64,000 bases of DNA from an uncultured Desulfurococcaceae archaeon. Its GTDB lineage: Archaea > Thermoproteota > Thermoprotei_A > Sulfolobales > NBVN01. Made by a program: the position numbers and the translations under genes. Shown here piece by piece: positions 34,680 through 47,432 of this stretch (its first letter is position 1; each line of letters begins with the position of its first letter). The notes below the pieces were generated by a model. That model searched no databases. It was not told where the DNA came from and saw nothing but the letters and a program-made list of their open reading frames with translations. Location of the stretch: NCBI GenBank assembly GCA_964655125.1, contig CAZZLT010000046.1:14480-78479 (forward strand), in the 5' to 3' direction.

Positions 34680-35956
34680 TGCCTGGAGTTCTTAAAGGTA
34701 TAAGGTATGAGGATCCGTTAGTTATCTATCGTGGAGAAAAAGTTTTAGAAATAGCTCGTAGACTCAGTAAGGGGGTTGTTAAAGCAGATTTAGACTTAGC
34801 TATAGATACTTACTACTCTATGTACTTACCACTACCTATACTAACTCCTTACCATAACATCCCTCAGAATAAGGTTAAGAACTACCTCTTAATTAACGAA
34901 TTAATTAAGAGTAATGATTTTAGAGATATTAAGAGATATACATTAGTTAACTCATTCGTAAGTACTTTATTATCAGCTAGCTTCCTACAACACCTACATG
35001 AGGAGTTAACATTTAGTAAAGGTGTTGAAGGTAATGAACCGTTAAACCCTGAAGATACTGATGATAATACTTTAAAGAAAGCTGTTAATAACGCCTTAAA
35101 ACATGTGAAGGAGGAGGGTGAGGCATTAAGAAATATTGAGAAGATGTTAAGTGATGGTATTGAAGCTGGTAAGGGGACTGTCTTAGACTTAGAGGAAAGT
35201 GCTGAGGATGTGTTGAGGATGGCTAGATCAGCTGATGTGAAGAGATTGTTAGAGGTTATTTCATGGGTTCCGAAAATTGTTGAGAGGTTTAAGAGGAGGA
35301 CTACTAAGTCCTCTAAGGGTGAGTTACAAGGGTATGAACTAGGTTCAGATGTTGAGAGGTTAGTACCTACAGAACTTATATACCCTAAGATATACCTCAA
35401 CATGAAGATTTCTGAGGGGAAATTACTCCTATACGATAAGTTACTACCTGAGAGTCAGGGCCCACTATACGTACTAGTTGATAAGTCAGGTAGTATGGAG
35501 GGTGATAAGATTAAGTGGGCTAAGGCAACAGCTATAGCATTGTTCATGAGGTCTAGGAAAGAACGTAGAGATTACTACATACGATTCTTTGATGGTTCCC
35601 CCCATCAACTAGTAAGGATTTCTAAAAGATTAAGAGGTAATGAAGTCCTTTCATTTATTGATTACCTAGCTAGAGTTAAGAGTGGTGGGGGTACTGATAT
35701 AACTAAAGCTTTAGTAACAGCATGTGATGATATAAAATTCGGTAGTAGTAAAGGTATATCAGATATTATATTAATAACTGATGGTGAGGATAGGATATCT
35801 GAGCATTTAGTACGGAGGAAACTTAAAGTTGTTGGAGTGAGGTTAGTGACGGTCATGATAATGGGTGAGAATAAAGATCTAAGAAACTTAAGTAATAAGT
35901 ACTTAAGAGTAATTAAACTTTCTCAAAAGGAGATAATTAAGGTTACTGAAGCTTAA
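34679..35956 (+). CDS. von Willebrand factor A (VWA) domain protein, ViaA-like partner of the ATPase
   Basis: MIDAS DKSGSMEG, GGGTDITKA, LITDGED. Start overlaps the ATPase stop (TAATG). Confidence 0.85.
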   Translation: MPGVLKGIRYEDPLVIYRGEKVLEIARRLSKGVVKADLDLAIDTYYSMYLPLPILTPYHNIPQNKVKNYLLINELIKSNDFRDIKRYTLVNSFVSTLLSASFLQHLHEELTFSKGVEGNEPLNPEDTDDNTLKKAVNNALKHVKEEGEALRNIEKMLSDGIEAGKGTVLDLEESAEDVLRMARSADVKRLLEVISWVPKIVERFKRRTTKSSKGELQGYELGSDVERLVPTELIYPKIYLNMKISEGKLLLYDKLLPESQGPLYVLVDKSGSMEGDKIKWAKATAIALFMRSRKERRDYYIRFFDGSPHQLVRISKRLRGNEVLSFIDYLARVKSGGGTDITKALVTACDDIKFGSSKGISDIILITDGEDRISEHLVRRKLKVVGVRLVTVMIMGENKDLRNLSNKYLRVIKLSQKEIIKVTEA

Positions 35957-36004
35957 TACTTTAAACACACTTAATATTTAATGTTAGTATTAAGGTGTTG
36001 TTAA

Positions 36005-36853
36005 GTGTTATTCGCTGATGCACACCTACATTCAAATCCTTTAAGAGGTATTGGTGTAAAGAGTATAGTTAAGAATTTTAAAGCTGTTGGTGGTTGGTTC
36101 TTAGCTATAGTTTCACTACCTCCATCACATTACGGATTAGGTAGTAGTTATGATGATTATGTAAGGAGTATTGAGATACTGATACGTGAGTGTAGGACAG
36201 CTAAGGAGGAGGTTAAAACTAAGTGTTTAGCAGGTATTCACCCAGCTGATTTAGAGAAACTTGTTAATAGTCAATCATTAAAATATGATGAGGTAATTAA
36301 CTTAGCTTTAAAAATACTCAACTATATAAGTAAACTGATTAAGTCAGGTGTATTAGATGGTATTGGTGAGGTAGGTAGACCTCACTATAAGACAACTCCT
36401 GAGGGGTACGTAGTTAATGAGTTAATATTACATCATGCTTTAAGACTAGCTAAAGACTTACATTCTATAGTACACCTACATCTTGAGCAGGGAGGAATAC
36501 TAACAGTATTAAGTATGACTGATCTACTAGAGAGTATATCACTAAGTAAAGACTTAGTACTCCTTCACCATATGGATATAAAAACAGCTATGAATGCTGA
36601 AGAAGTTGGTCTGAGGTATACCTTATGCGGTAAGTTACAATTACTGAGGGAGGGGTTTAAGAAGTTAAAACCTACATATATGATTGAGAGTGATTTTATA
36701 GATGACCCTAGACGTCCTGGAGTAGCTGCATATCCTTGGGAAATAGTAGAGAATCAATTACTCCTACTTAAGGAGGGGTTAGTAAGTGAGGATTACCTCT
36801 TTAGATTAAATGTTGATAATATAGTTAAGTTTTACGGTGTTGAACCTCCGTAA
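36005..36853 (+). CDS. TatD-related metal-dependent hydrolase
   Basis: N-terminal FADAHLH (HxH), later VHLHLEQ and LHHMD. GTG start after AAGGTG. Confidence 0.7.
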   Translation: MLFADAHLHSNPLRGIGVKSIVKNFKAVGGWFLAIVSLPPSHYGLGSSYDDYVRSIEILIRECRTAKEEVKTKCLAGIHPADLEKLVNSQSLKYDEVINLALKILNYISKLIKSGVLDGIGEVGRPHYKTTPEGYVVNELILHHALRLAKDLHSIVHLHLEQGGILTVLSMTDLLESISLSKDLVLLHHMDIKTAMNAEEVGLRYTLCGKLQLLREGFKKLKPTYMIESDFIDDPRRPGVAAYPWEIVENQLLLLKEGLVSEDYLFRLNVDNIVKFYGVEPP

Positions 36854-36871
36854 GGTAATACTTAATTACTA

Positions 36872-37669
36872 CTAATTCCTAGAAATCATATCTGGTGTAT
36901 AGTAGAACACTATCTTACCATCTAAGTAGTCTCTTACGACAGTCTTAGCTGCTTCATGAATTAATGGTTCACGATCCCTCTTTGAAATCCAACCCCTCTT
37001 AAGTGCTAGTACCTCTAAGATTTTATACGGGTCTACATCAGTAATACCATAGGCATCCTTAAACGCAGTCTTATTATACTTTAAGATTTTACTGATTAAT
37101 CTAGTAGCTACGTTAACAACATTCTCAATCTCATCGAGAGGTTTAGCCCTAATAACTAATTCTACATCATCACCTTCAGGAGGTACTAAACCTGGTGTAT
37201 CTATTAAGTATATACCACCGCTAATTCTATAAAGTCTTGACTTCTTAGTATACCCGGGACTCCCAGGTGTAGTTGAAGTACTTGCTGAGTGTCTACCCTT
37301 TAACGTATTTATCAATGTTGACTTACCTACCTTCGGATACCCAACTACAGCTATAACTAAGGGTTTCTTACTTAGTTTTAACTTATTAATCTCAGACCTT
37401 AAAACCCTAGTACCGAGTCTATCCCTAGCTGATATGTAGACAGCATTAAGTCCTAACTCGTTAAAGTATTTCTTCCAACTCTCAGCTACGTTCCTAGGAA
37501 CTAAATCAGACTTATTGATAACTACTATTAATGATTTATTAAGTTCTGAAACTATACCCTCCAACTTAGTACTTCTAGTATTGATAGGATCTCTAATATC
37601 AACTACCTCTAAAACGATATCTGATGTCAATACTAACTCTCTAATTAAGTTCCAACTAGCTAATCTCAC
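36872..37669 (-). CDS. Circularly permuted GTPase (YlqF/YawG family, ribosome-biogenesis type)
   Basis: G4 NKSDL precedes G1 GYPKVGKSTLIN and G3 DTPG. Confidence 0.8.
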   Translation of the reverse strand: MRLASWNLIRELVLTSDIVLEVVDIRDPINTRSTKLEGIVSELNKSLIVVINKSDLVPRNVAESWKKYFNELGLNAVYISARDRLGTRVLRSEINKLKLSKKPLVIAVVGYPKVGKSTLINTLKGRHSASTSTTPGSPGYTKKSRLYRISGGIYLIDTPGLVPPEGDDVELVIRAKPLDEIENVVNVATRLISKILKYNKTAFKDAYGITDVDPYKILEVLALKRGWISKRDREPLIHEAAKTVVRDYLDGKIVFYYTPDMISRN

Positions 37670-37735
37670 GTTACACCTTCTTGAAATATCTAAACACTAC
37701 GTTAATAAGGATTTATAAACTACCTCATAATTAAT

Positions 37736-38179
37736 TTAATCTTTAATAACCTCAAGTACTAATGAGGGACAGACCTTCTTAACCCCGGTTAAGCTAGCAA
37801 TCTCTCTATTAATTCTAGCCATTTCATCACTATCCTTAGCCCATATTACAGCAATAATTGAGTGATCACCACTAGTTAATGATAGATACTTTACGTAGTC
37901 CTTACTCCTAAGCTCATTAATTACATCGTAGAGATACTGAGGCTCAACATCAATTCCAGCTATTGAGACAGCATTATAATTTAATTTTTTAGGGTCTAGA
38001 ACTACAGTATATTTCTTAATAACACCTAAGCTCTCTAACCTCTTCACACGCTTAATAATCGCTACATCACTAATACCTACTTCCTTAGCTATATCTACAT
38101 AAGATGTCCTAGCATTCCTAACTAGTATCTCAATTATCTTAAGATCCTTCTCATCTAATAACTCTGGTAATGTACCCAC
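37736..38179 (-). CDS. Lrp/AsnC-family transcription regulator
   Basis: LDEKDLKIIEILVRNARTSYVDIAKEVGISDVAIIKRVKRLE HTH plus a C-terminal RAM domain. Confidence 0.9.
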   Translation of the reverse strand: MGTLPELLDEKDLKIIEILVRNARTSYVDIAKEVGISDVAIIKRVKRLESLGVIKKYTVVLDPKKLNYNAVSIAGIDVEPQYLYDVINELRSKDYVKYLSLTSGDHSIIAVIWAKDSDEMARINREIASLTGVKKVCPSLVLEVIKD

Positions 38180-38210
38180 CTTAACATCCCCATCTTAATA
38201 TGCAGTTAAT

Positions 38211-38585
38211 TCATTTAACTACTATAGTCTTTGTTGTTTCCCATAGCCCATGTAATGTACAGTACTCTACAGCATGTAATGTACCACTCTTACTTAACCT
38301 CACAGTAAATTCTATATCTGGTTCTGAATTCAACGGGGTTAAGTCAACATATGCTATTAAGATAGGGTTGAAGGCTCTACCCTCCTCACTAAAGTATAAT
38401 TCAATTCTCCTAATATAGTGTTCAGGTGTGTTAGGATGAGGACCTACAGTAACACGTACTTTAAAAGATTCGTTAACCTTAACATTATCAGGTGCTACTA
38501 TCTTAGGTAGGTGATATTCAGCTTTAGCTATAACTTCTGAGGTAATACTTTCCTTAGTATATATCAATTCTCCTAACTTCCCCAT
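38211..38585 (-). CDS. sor: Superoxide reductase (neelaredoxin-type, 1Fe-SOR)
   Basis: EYHLPKI, HPNTPEHYIRRIELY and YCTLHGLWE ligand motifs. ATG 38585 lies 6 nt after GGAGGT. The listed ORF has a 29-aa hydrophobic extension that I consider spurious. Confidence 0.8.
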   Translation of the reverse strand: MGKLGELIYTKESITSEVIAKAEYHLPKIVAPDNVKVNESFKVRVTVGPHPNTPEHYIRRIELYFSEEGRAFNPILIAYVDLTPLNSEPDIEFTVRLSKSGTLHAVEYCTLHGLWETTKTIVVK

Positions 38586-38807
38586 AGACATACCTCCTAT
38601 GTTATAAGTAAGAACTCTAATAAACCTAACTAATATTATCAACATTAGAATTATGCTATATGATAAAATCATCTAGTTTTTCTAAATATAGTGTTGGGAT
38701 AGACTAATAATGATGTCACCCCTTACTAACAGTATTATCGTTTCCTATAAGGTGAATACATTAAACCTACATTATTAGTTTTTAAGCTTTACCTATACTT
38801 AAATCAT

Positions 38808-39278
38808 GTGATTACTGTGGGTAGTGTTTCACGAGAGTACCCTAAGTATGCTTTAGTAGCTGTTGGGGCTGTACTAATTAAGGATAATAATATATTATTA
38901 GTTAAGAGAGGGTACCCACCTGGTAAGGGTAAGTGGTCTATCCCAGGAGGTGTTATAGAGGCTGGTGAAGATATATACTCAGCTGCTGTTAGAGAACTTA
39001 ATGAGGAAGCTGGTATTAATGCCGAACCCTTAGGAGTTATATGGATTTATAACAACATTGTTAGAGATGAGTCCGGTAAAGTTCAATATCACTACGTAAT
39101 ACTTGATATACTTTTTGATTCAAATAGTATGAAGGGTGTGTTAAGAGCTGGTGGGGATGCAGTAGATATTGCTTGGGTACCTATAGATGAAGCTATGAGT
39201 AGAAGTGATGTATCAAGTACTGTTAAGAAACTTATTGAGAGGATTAAGAGGTTAGGTCTAACATATCTACAGATATAG
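38808..39278 (+). CDS. NUDIX hydrolase
   Basis: Nudix box GGVIEAGEDIYSAAVRELNEEAGI. Confidence 0.85.
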   Translation: MITVGSVSREYPKYALVAVGAVLIKDNNILLVKRGYPPGKGKWSIPGGVIEAGEDIYSAAVRELNEEAGINAEPLGVIWIYNNIVRDESGKVQYHYVILDILFDSNSMKGVLRAGGDAVDIAWVPIDEAMSRSDVSSTVKKLIERIKRLGLTYLQI

Positions 39279-39362
39279 AATTAATACTTAACTAATTTAT
39301 TAACAGTTCGTAATGGAGGAATTAACTCTAAAGTATATTACCTAACGCTCTACTCAGATTAG

Positions 39363-41042
39363 GTGATTAGATTGAGAAGTGATGTTATTAAAGTTGGGAT
39401 TGAGAGAGCTCCTCACAGGTCATTACTTAAGGCTTTAGGTCTTACAGATGATGAGTTAAACAAACCACTTATAGGGGTAGCTAATTCTTGGAATGAATTA
39501 ATACCTGGCCACGCACATCTAAGAGATATAGCTGAGGCTGTGAAGGCTGGTGTTAGGATGGCTGGTGGAGTACCTCTAGAGTTCAACACTATCGGGTTAT
39601 GTGATGGGATAATTATGGGTCATGAGGGGATGAAGTACTCACTACCATCTAGGGAGTTAGTAGCTGATACCGTAGAAGTTGTAGTTAATTCCTACCACCT
39701 AGATGGTTTAGTACTTATCAGCTCATGTGATAAGATAGTACCAGGTATGTTGATGGCTATGGGTAGAATAGATATCCCAGCTATATTCGTACATGGAGGT
39801 CCTATGCTAGCTGGTAGGTATAGAGGTTCTGAAATAGACTTACATGATGTCTTCGAAGCTGTAGGTGCTGTGAAGAAGGGTAAGATATCAATCACTGATT
39901 TGAAAGTTATTGAGGATACTGCATGTCCAGGGTTTGGTTCCTGTGCTGGTATGTTTACAGCTAATACTATGGGTGCTTTAAGTGAGGCTTTAGGTGTTAC
40001 ATTACCTGGTGGTGGTACAGCCCCTGCAGTCTCAGCTGAGAGGTTAAGAATAGCTAAGTATGCAGGTATGAAGATAGTTGAATTAGTTCATAAGGATGTA
40101 AGACCGTCAAAAATCCTTACCCGAGAAGCGTTTTTAGATGCTATAGCTGTTGATATGGCATTAGGTGGTTCAACTAATAGTGTACTACATTTAATGGCTA
40201 TAGCTAAGGAAGCTAGGGTTAAGTTAACGTTAGATGATTTCGATGAATTAAGTGAGAAAACACCAACTCTATGTAAGTTAAGCCCTGCTGGAAATCTACA
40301 TGTTCAGGACTTACATGAAGCTGGTGGGGTCCTAGCTATCATGAAGGAGTTAAGTAAGAAGGGACTAATACATAAGGATAGATTAACAGTTAGTCTTAAA
40401 ACTATTGGTGAGTTGTTAGAGGGTGTTGAAGTTTATAGGAGGGATGTGATCAGACCTATTGAAGACCCTTGGTCATCTAGGGGTGGTTTAATGATCCTTA
40501 AAGGGAGTTTAGCACCTCTCGGTGCGGTCATTAAGTTATCAGCTGTAGCGTCTGAGGTAAGGTACTTTAGAGGTGTTGCGAAGGTATTCAACTGTGAGGA
40601 GGAGGCTGTTAACGCTATACTTAACGGGAGGGTAGGTAAGGGCGATGTAGTTGTAATAAGGTATGAAGGTCCTAAAGGAGGTCCTGGAATGAGGGAAATG
40701 CTGACAGCTACTTCAGTCCTAGCCGGTATGGGGTTAGATAAGGATGTTGCATTAATAACTGATGGTAGGTTCTCTGGAGCTTCTAGAGGTCTGGTAATAG
40801 GTCATGTATCACCTGAAGCTGCTGAGGGTGGACCTATAGCATACGTAGAGGATGGGGATTACATAAGCATAGACCTAACAACAAAGAAGTTAGAGTTAGA
40901 GGTACCTGACAATGTTCTAGAGGAGAGAAAGAGGAAGTACGTCCAACCGCCTAAGAAGTATAGGAGAGGTTATCTAAGTAGGTATGCTGACGTAGTAACA
41001 TCAGCTAATACAGGGGCAGTTTTTAAAGAATTAATAATGTAG
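39363..41042 (+). CDS. ilvD: Dihydroxy-acid dehydratase
   Basis: [32 protein letters not shown]. 559 aa. Confidence 0.95.
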   Translation: MIRLRSDVIKVGIERAPHRSLLKALGLTDDELNKPLIGVANSWNELIPGHAHLRDIAEAVKAGVRMAGGVPLEFNTIGLCDGIIMGHEGMKYSLPSRELVADTVEVVVNSYHLDGLVLISSCDKIVPGMLMAMGRIDIPAIFVHGGPMLAGRYRGSEIDLHDVFEAVGAVKKGKISITDLKVIEDTACPGFGSCAGMFTANTMGALSEALGVTLPGGGTAPAVSAERLRIAKYAGMKIVELVHKDVRPSKILTREAFLDAIAVDMALGGSTNSVLHLMAIAKEARVKLTLDDFDELSEKTPTLCKLSPAGNLHVQDLHEAGGVLAIMKELSKKGLIHKDRLTVSLKTIGELLEGVEVYRRDVIRPIEDPWSSRGGLMILKGSLAPLGAVIKLSAVASEVRYFRGVAKVFNCEEEAVNAILNGRVGKGDVVVIRYEGPKGGPGMREMLTATSVLAGMGLDKDVALITDGRFSGASRGLVIGHVSPEAAEGGPIAYVEDGDYISIDLTTKKLELEVPDNVLEERKRKYVQPPKKYRRGYLSRYADVVTSANTGAVFKELIM

Positions 41043-41075
41043 AAGTTAGTAGAGAAAGTTAAATATTTATTTGTG

Positions 41076-42412
<1,337 letters not shown>

Positions 42413-42435
<23 letters not shown>

Positions 42436-44134
42436 AGACTATCACCTCCTTAAGACTCCCACCAGGAGGTAACGTAGGTAATGCGTACTCATCCCTCATT
42501 ATAGGGACTCTAATAACTGATGTTATCCCCTCACTTAACGCTACTTTAAGAGCCTTCCTTAAATCGTTATAATCACTAACATCAAATCCTAAAGCTCCGA
42601 AGCCCTCAGCAAGTTTTACGTAGTCAGGGGATGAGCCGAAATCAACACCTACTACCCTACCCTTAAAGAATAATTGCTGAACTTGTCTAACAAGACCTAA
42701 CGACCTATTATCGAAGACCACTACAATTACAGGGATGTTGTAATCTATAGTTGTTGCTAGGTTATTCATGGTCATTAGGAACGACCCGTCACCATCTATA
42801 TCTACGACTACTTTATCAGGTCTAGCTACTTTAGCACCTATAGCTGCTGGTAGACCGAAACCCATAGTACCGATACCTCCAGATGTTAGGAAGGTTCTTG
42901 GTTCAAGAACATCCCAGAAATTCATTGCTATCATTTGATGCTGTCCTACACCAGTAGTGACTATAGCATCTCTAGGCAGTACATCCCTGATGGTCTTTAA
43001 GACTTTCCAAGGCTTTAAACCGTAGCCATCATCACGATAGTAATACCTTGAGTAATAGTTTTTAAGCTCCTTAACCCTTGAAATCCACTCTACCCTACCT
43101 ACCTTCCTACCTAATTCTAAGGCAGCATCTATCAACATCTTTAAAACTTCTTTAGCATCACCGTAGATTTTAACATCTACCCTTACAGGTAACTTCATCA
43201 CATCTGTAGGGTCTATATTCACAACTATGAGTTTCTTATCACTATTAACTAAGTCGTTAAATGATGGTAAAGTCCTATCACTTAACCTAGCCCCAACAAC
43301 TAAGATAGCATCAGATTCTAAGAACGCCATATTAGCTTCAACTCTCCCGTAATAACCCATAACCCCCAGATATAGTGGGTAGTCATGAGGTATTGCTGCC
43401 TTACCTAATAACGTAGACACTATAGGACATACTAGTAACTCAGATAACTTAAGTACTTCATCACTAGCATTAGACCAGAACACCCCAGCACCTACAAGTA
43501 TTATAGGTTTTTCAGCTTCTGATAATATCTTAACAGCTCTCATAACATCGTTAGGATTAATAACTGATTTAAATACTTTATAACCCATAACCACAGGTTT
43601 CTCAGGCCATTCAACAGTATTTACATTAGTACTTAGTAAATCCCTCGGGATATCCACTACAACAGGTCCTGGCTTACCTGTAAGTGCTATGTAGAACGCA
43701 TTCTTTATCCATAACGGTATCTCAGAAACTTCCTTAATCTCAACTACGTACTTAGTTATATGCTGCATCACACCGACTACATCAGCTTCTTGGAAGGACT
43801 TCCTACCCATAGAAGCCCTCGGAACTTGACCAGTTATAGCTATTACCGGACTGTTATCCCAATAAGCTGTAGCTAACCCTGTAACTAAGTTTAGAGCTCC
43901 AGGCCCTGAAGTAGCTGTACATACTCCTGGTGAACCACTTACTCTAGCGTAACCATCTGCAGCGTGTACAGCTCCTTGTTCATGCTTCATAAGTATATGT
44001 TTTATCTCCTCCTCCCTTAGATACTCTATAAGTTCATCATAGATTGGCATATTAGAGAGTCCGGGAATCCCAAATATTGCTTTAACACCTTCTCTCCTAA
44101 GAGCCTCTACTACTAGCTTAGCACCTGAAGGCAT
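42413..44134 (-). CDS. ilvB: Acetolactate synthase large subunit (TPP enzyme)
   Basis: GIPG, HEQGAVHAADGYAR and GDGSF...NN TPP motif. ATG 44134 lies 6 nt after AGGTG. Confidence 0.93.
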
Positions 44135-44256
44135 GATGAACACCTAAACAGCTTTTATAGAATTTATGTACTCTTAATCGAGTACCTCCACTACCTCCTA
44201 AGTTATTAAGGCATAACTTATTTAGGGTTAATGAATTTGGAGTACTTCCAACCTCA

Positions 44257-45428
44257 TCACCTCACTGATATCTCAGGAGGTATTTTTAAGTCTTTATGCT
44301 TACAATCATATTCACTACTCACTATAGATTTTATAATCCTCACTAACTCATCATAACCTATGTTAAGTCCTTGATCACCTAACTCTTTAACCCTAGCTAA
44401 CACTTTACTAACTATATCATCACTAGGTTCAACCCCTAACTGCTTTAATACGTACATTACCGCATGCTTCCCACTATGTTTACCGAGTACGATCCTCCTC
44501 TTAGCACCTACTACTGAGGGGTCTATAGGTTCGTATGTTAGTGGATTAGTCAGTACCCCATGTACATGTATTCCAGACTCGTGTGAGAACGCATTAATAC
44601 CTACTATTGGTTTATTAGGATTAATAGGTATTCTAAATAGTTCAGAGACTAATATTGCAGTACTAAGTATGTGTTCAAACCTTATGTTAGTCTTAAGCCC
44701 GAGTACGAATGCTATTGAAGTAACTACCTCCTCTAATGCTGCATTACCAGCCCTCTCACCAACTCCTAATACAGTAACATGTACTTGATCTGCTCCGGCC
44801 TCAATAGCTGTAACACTATTAGCTACAGCCATACCGAAATCGTTATGACAGTGAACACTTAATATGTAATTACCTCTAACGTTATCTCTAATATGTTTGA
44901 CTAAGCCATACATCCTTGTAGGTATCATAACACCTACTGTATCAGCTATATCAACTCTATCAGCTCCAGCATTAACTACTTCCTGGAATACCCTGGTCAG
45001 GAATACTAAATCACTTCTAGTAGAGTCCTCAGCACTGAACTCTATAGTTAGTCCGTGTGATTTAGCGTACTCGATAGCATCTACAGCCTTCTCTACAACC
45101 TCCTCACGACTCATACGTAATTTATACTTCATATGGATATCCGATGTAGCTATAAACAGATGTATAGCTTTACAATCAGCATCTATAACCCTATCAATAT
45201 CATCCTTAGTAGTCCTTGCTAAGGCTATAACTTCAGAACTCCTTACCTCCTTACTAATCATCTTAACAGCTAAGAACTCCCCACTACTCGTTATAGGGAA
45301 TCCAGCCTCTATAGAATCAACACCTAACTCCTCTAAAGCTAAAGCAATCCTTAACTTATCCTCAGGTCTTAAAGCAACACCAGGTGTTTGTTCACCGTCT
45401 CTTAATGTAGTATCTAAGATACGTACAT
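44257..45428 (-). CDS. leuA: 2-Isopropylmalate/citramalate/homocitrate synthase family enzyme (short form, no LeuA regulatory domain). Start unresolved: the frame is open to 45528.
   Basis: The in-frame upstream region encodes VRILDTTLRDGEQTPGVALRPEDKLRIALALEELGVDSIEAGFP (catalytic DRE-TIM N-terminus), which is absent from the listed ORF starting at 45261. Also HCHNDFGMAVAN and HESGIH. No in-frame ATG/GTG/TTG between 45261 and 45528. Confidence 0.9.
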
Positions 45429-45536
45429 GTTTTGGATTTAAATTACGTTTTAAACTGAATTCGGGACTAGCAATAGGGATCCCGAAGAAATAGGAGGTTG
45501 GGGAATAAAAACTTTTCCGTTTAAGTCTTCAGTGAA

Positions 45537-46028
45537 TTACTTCTTTAAAGTTCTTAAGTATTCTATAAGACCTCCAGCACTTAATATCCTTAACACTATA
45601 TCAGGTAATTCCCTACATTTCATCCTAACATCCATACCCTGAATCACAACCTCACTAGATTCTAAATCCACAACTACGTAATCCCCATCATTAACTACGT
45701 TACTAATACCTTGACAGACTAGTACTGGGAGTCCGTTATTAATAGCGTTTCTATAGAATATCCTTGAGAAGGACTCAGCTAATACAGCCTTAACACCAGC
45801 TGCTTTTAAAGCTATAGCTGCTTGTTCTCTAGATGAGCCGGTACCGAATAACTTACCAGCAACTAATATGATACCCTCAGCTGCCTTCTTACTGAACTCA
45901 GGGTCTAAAGGCTCTAACACATGTTGTGCTAGGTATTGAGGGTCAGTATACTTTAAATACTTTGCAGGTATTATGAGGTCAGTATCTATCTTATCCCCTA
46001 ACTTAATAACCCTACCCTCAACCTTCAT
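45537..46028 (-). CDS. leuD: 3-Isopropylmalate (aconitase-family) dehydratase small subunit
   Basis: [11 protein letters not shown] and [14 protein letters not shown] motifs. ATGA overlap with leuC. Confidence 0.9.
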   Translation of the reverse strand: MKVEGRVIKLGDKIDTDLIIPAKYLKYTDPQYLAQHVLEPLDPEFSKKAAEGIILVAGKLFGTGSSREQAAIALKAAGVKAVLAESFSRIFYRNAINNGLPVLVCQGISNVVNDGDYVVVDLESSEVVIQGMDVRMKCRELPDIVLRILSAGGLIEYLRTLKK

Positions 46029-47275
46029 AACACATCACCAGGTTCTGAGAGCTTACCGGTTATAGCTGATGCTGCCGCTACTGCAGGACCTACTAAGTAC
46101 GTCTTAGATGTTGGACTCCCCATCCTACCGATGAAGTTTCTATTCGATGTAGATATAACTACCTCCTCAGGACCTGCAACTCCGAAATGCCCACCAATAC
46201 ATGGACCGCAAGTCCCGAAAGTCACTACACACCCAGCATTAACTAATGTCTGAATATACCCTAACTCTAAAGCCTTAATGAAGACCTTCCTAGATGCAGG
46301 TATAACTACACACCTACTCTTAACTTTCTTCCCATCCATGATCTTAGCAGCTATCTCTAAATCACTTAACCTACCGTTAGTACACGAACCTATGAATACT
46401 AAATCTACATCTAATCCACTAACCTCACTAACACTCTTAACATTATCTACGTTAGGGGGTACTGCTACAAGTAAGTCTACATTACCTAACTCAACTGTAT
46501 ACTCATCTACATACTCAGCATTAGGGTCTGGTAAGACCTTACTACACTCATAACCTCTCTCAACCTTTACATAGCTTACAGTTTCATCATCAGGTATGAA
46601 GAGTACTGCATCAGCATTAAATTCTACACCCATATTAGCTACAGTTGCTCTATAATCTGTAGGGAATGATTGCGGGTTCTCTACGAAGAACTCTACAGAC
46701 ATACCGTTAAAGTAGTCAGATTTAAACTCCTTAAGTATCTCTAAAGCTACATCCTTACCAGTAACCCACTTCTTAAGAGAACCTTTAAGAACAACCTTAA
46801 ATGGTTTAGGGACTGTAACCCAAGTCTTACCAGTAACTACTACAGCTGCGACGTCAGTAGCCCCCATACCCTGAGCAAAAGCTCCTAAAGCCCCCGCAGT
46901 TGATGTATGACTATCAGCACAGATAACTACTTGACCAGGGAGTACGTAATTCTCTAGTAGTATCTGGTGGAGTATCCCAGAACCTACATCATGGAAATTA
47001 ACTATCTTATGCCTTCTAACGAACTCCCTCACAAATTTCTGAATCTCAGCACTCCTAACATCTGGTGGTGGTACTAAGTGATCGAATGCTAAGACTAAGC
47101 TCTTAGGATTATATATGACTTCACCTCCTATCCTCTCCATAACCTCAATCACGTGAAACCCTGTTAAGTCATGGAAACCTACTAAATCCACAGAAATCTC
47201 AACAATATCGTTAGGTACTACCCTCCTACCAGACACTCTACTTAATATCTTCTCAGTCAATGTCTGACCAGTCAT
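46025..47275 (-). CDS. leuC: 3-Isopropylmalate (aconitase-family) dehydratase large subunit
   Basis: [21 protein letters not shown] and NRNFIGRMG Fe-S cluster motifs. Confidence 0.92.
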   Translation of the reverse strand: MTGQTLTEKILSRVSGRRVVPNDIVEISVDLVGFHDLTGFHVIEVMERIGGEVIYNPKSLVLAFDHLVPPPDVRSAEIQKFVREFVRRHKIVNFHDVGSGILHQILLENYVLPGQVVICADSHTSTAGALGAFAQGMGATDVAAVVVTGKTWVTVPKPFKVVLKGSLKKWVTGKDVALEILKEFKSDYFNGMSVEFFVENPQSFPTDYRATVANMGVEFNADAVLFIPDDETVSYVKVERGYECSKVLPDPNAEYVDEYTVELGNVDLLVAVPPNVDNVKSVSEVSGLDVDLVFIGSCTNGRLSDLEIAAKIMDGKKVKSRCVVIPASRKVFIKALELGYIQTLVNAGCVVTFGTCGPCIGGHFGVAGPEEVVISTSNRNFIGRMGSPTSKTYLVGPAVAAASAITGKLSEPGDVL

Positions 47276-47432
47276 ACTTTATACCTCATAAACATCTAAT
47301 AATAACTTTAAATATTTGCTTAAGTTAGTTGAATAACCTCTATATTTAAGTTATCAAACGATAAAACTTATATACTCAACACATATAGATAAACCTACGG
47401 TGTAGGCGATGGCACTCCAAAACTGAATACGT

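Noticed and set aside
38586-38672. 29-aa hydrophobic N-terminal extension of the superoxide reductase ORF (a possible signal peptide).
   Set aside because: GGAGGT-6 nt-ATG at 38585 gives a family-typical cytoplasmic N-terminus. The extension has no SD and SORs are cytoplasmic.
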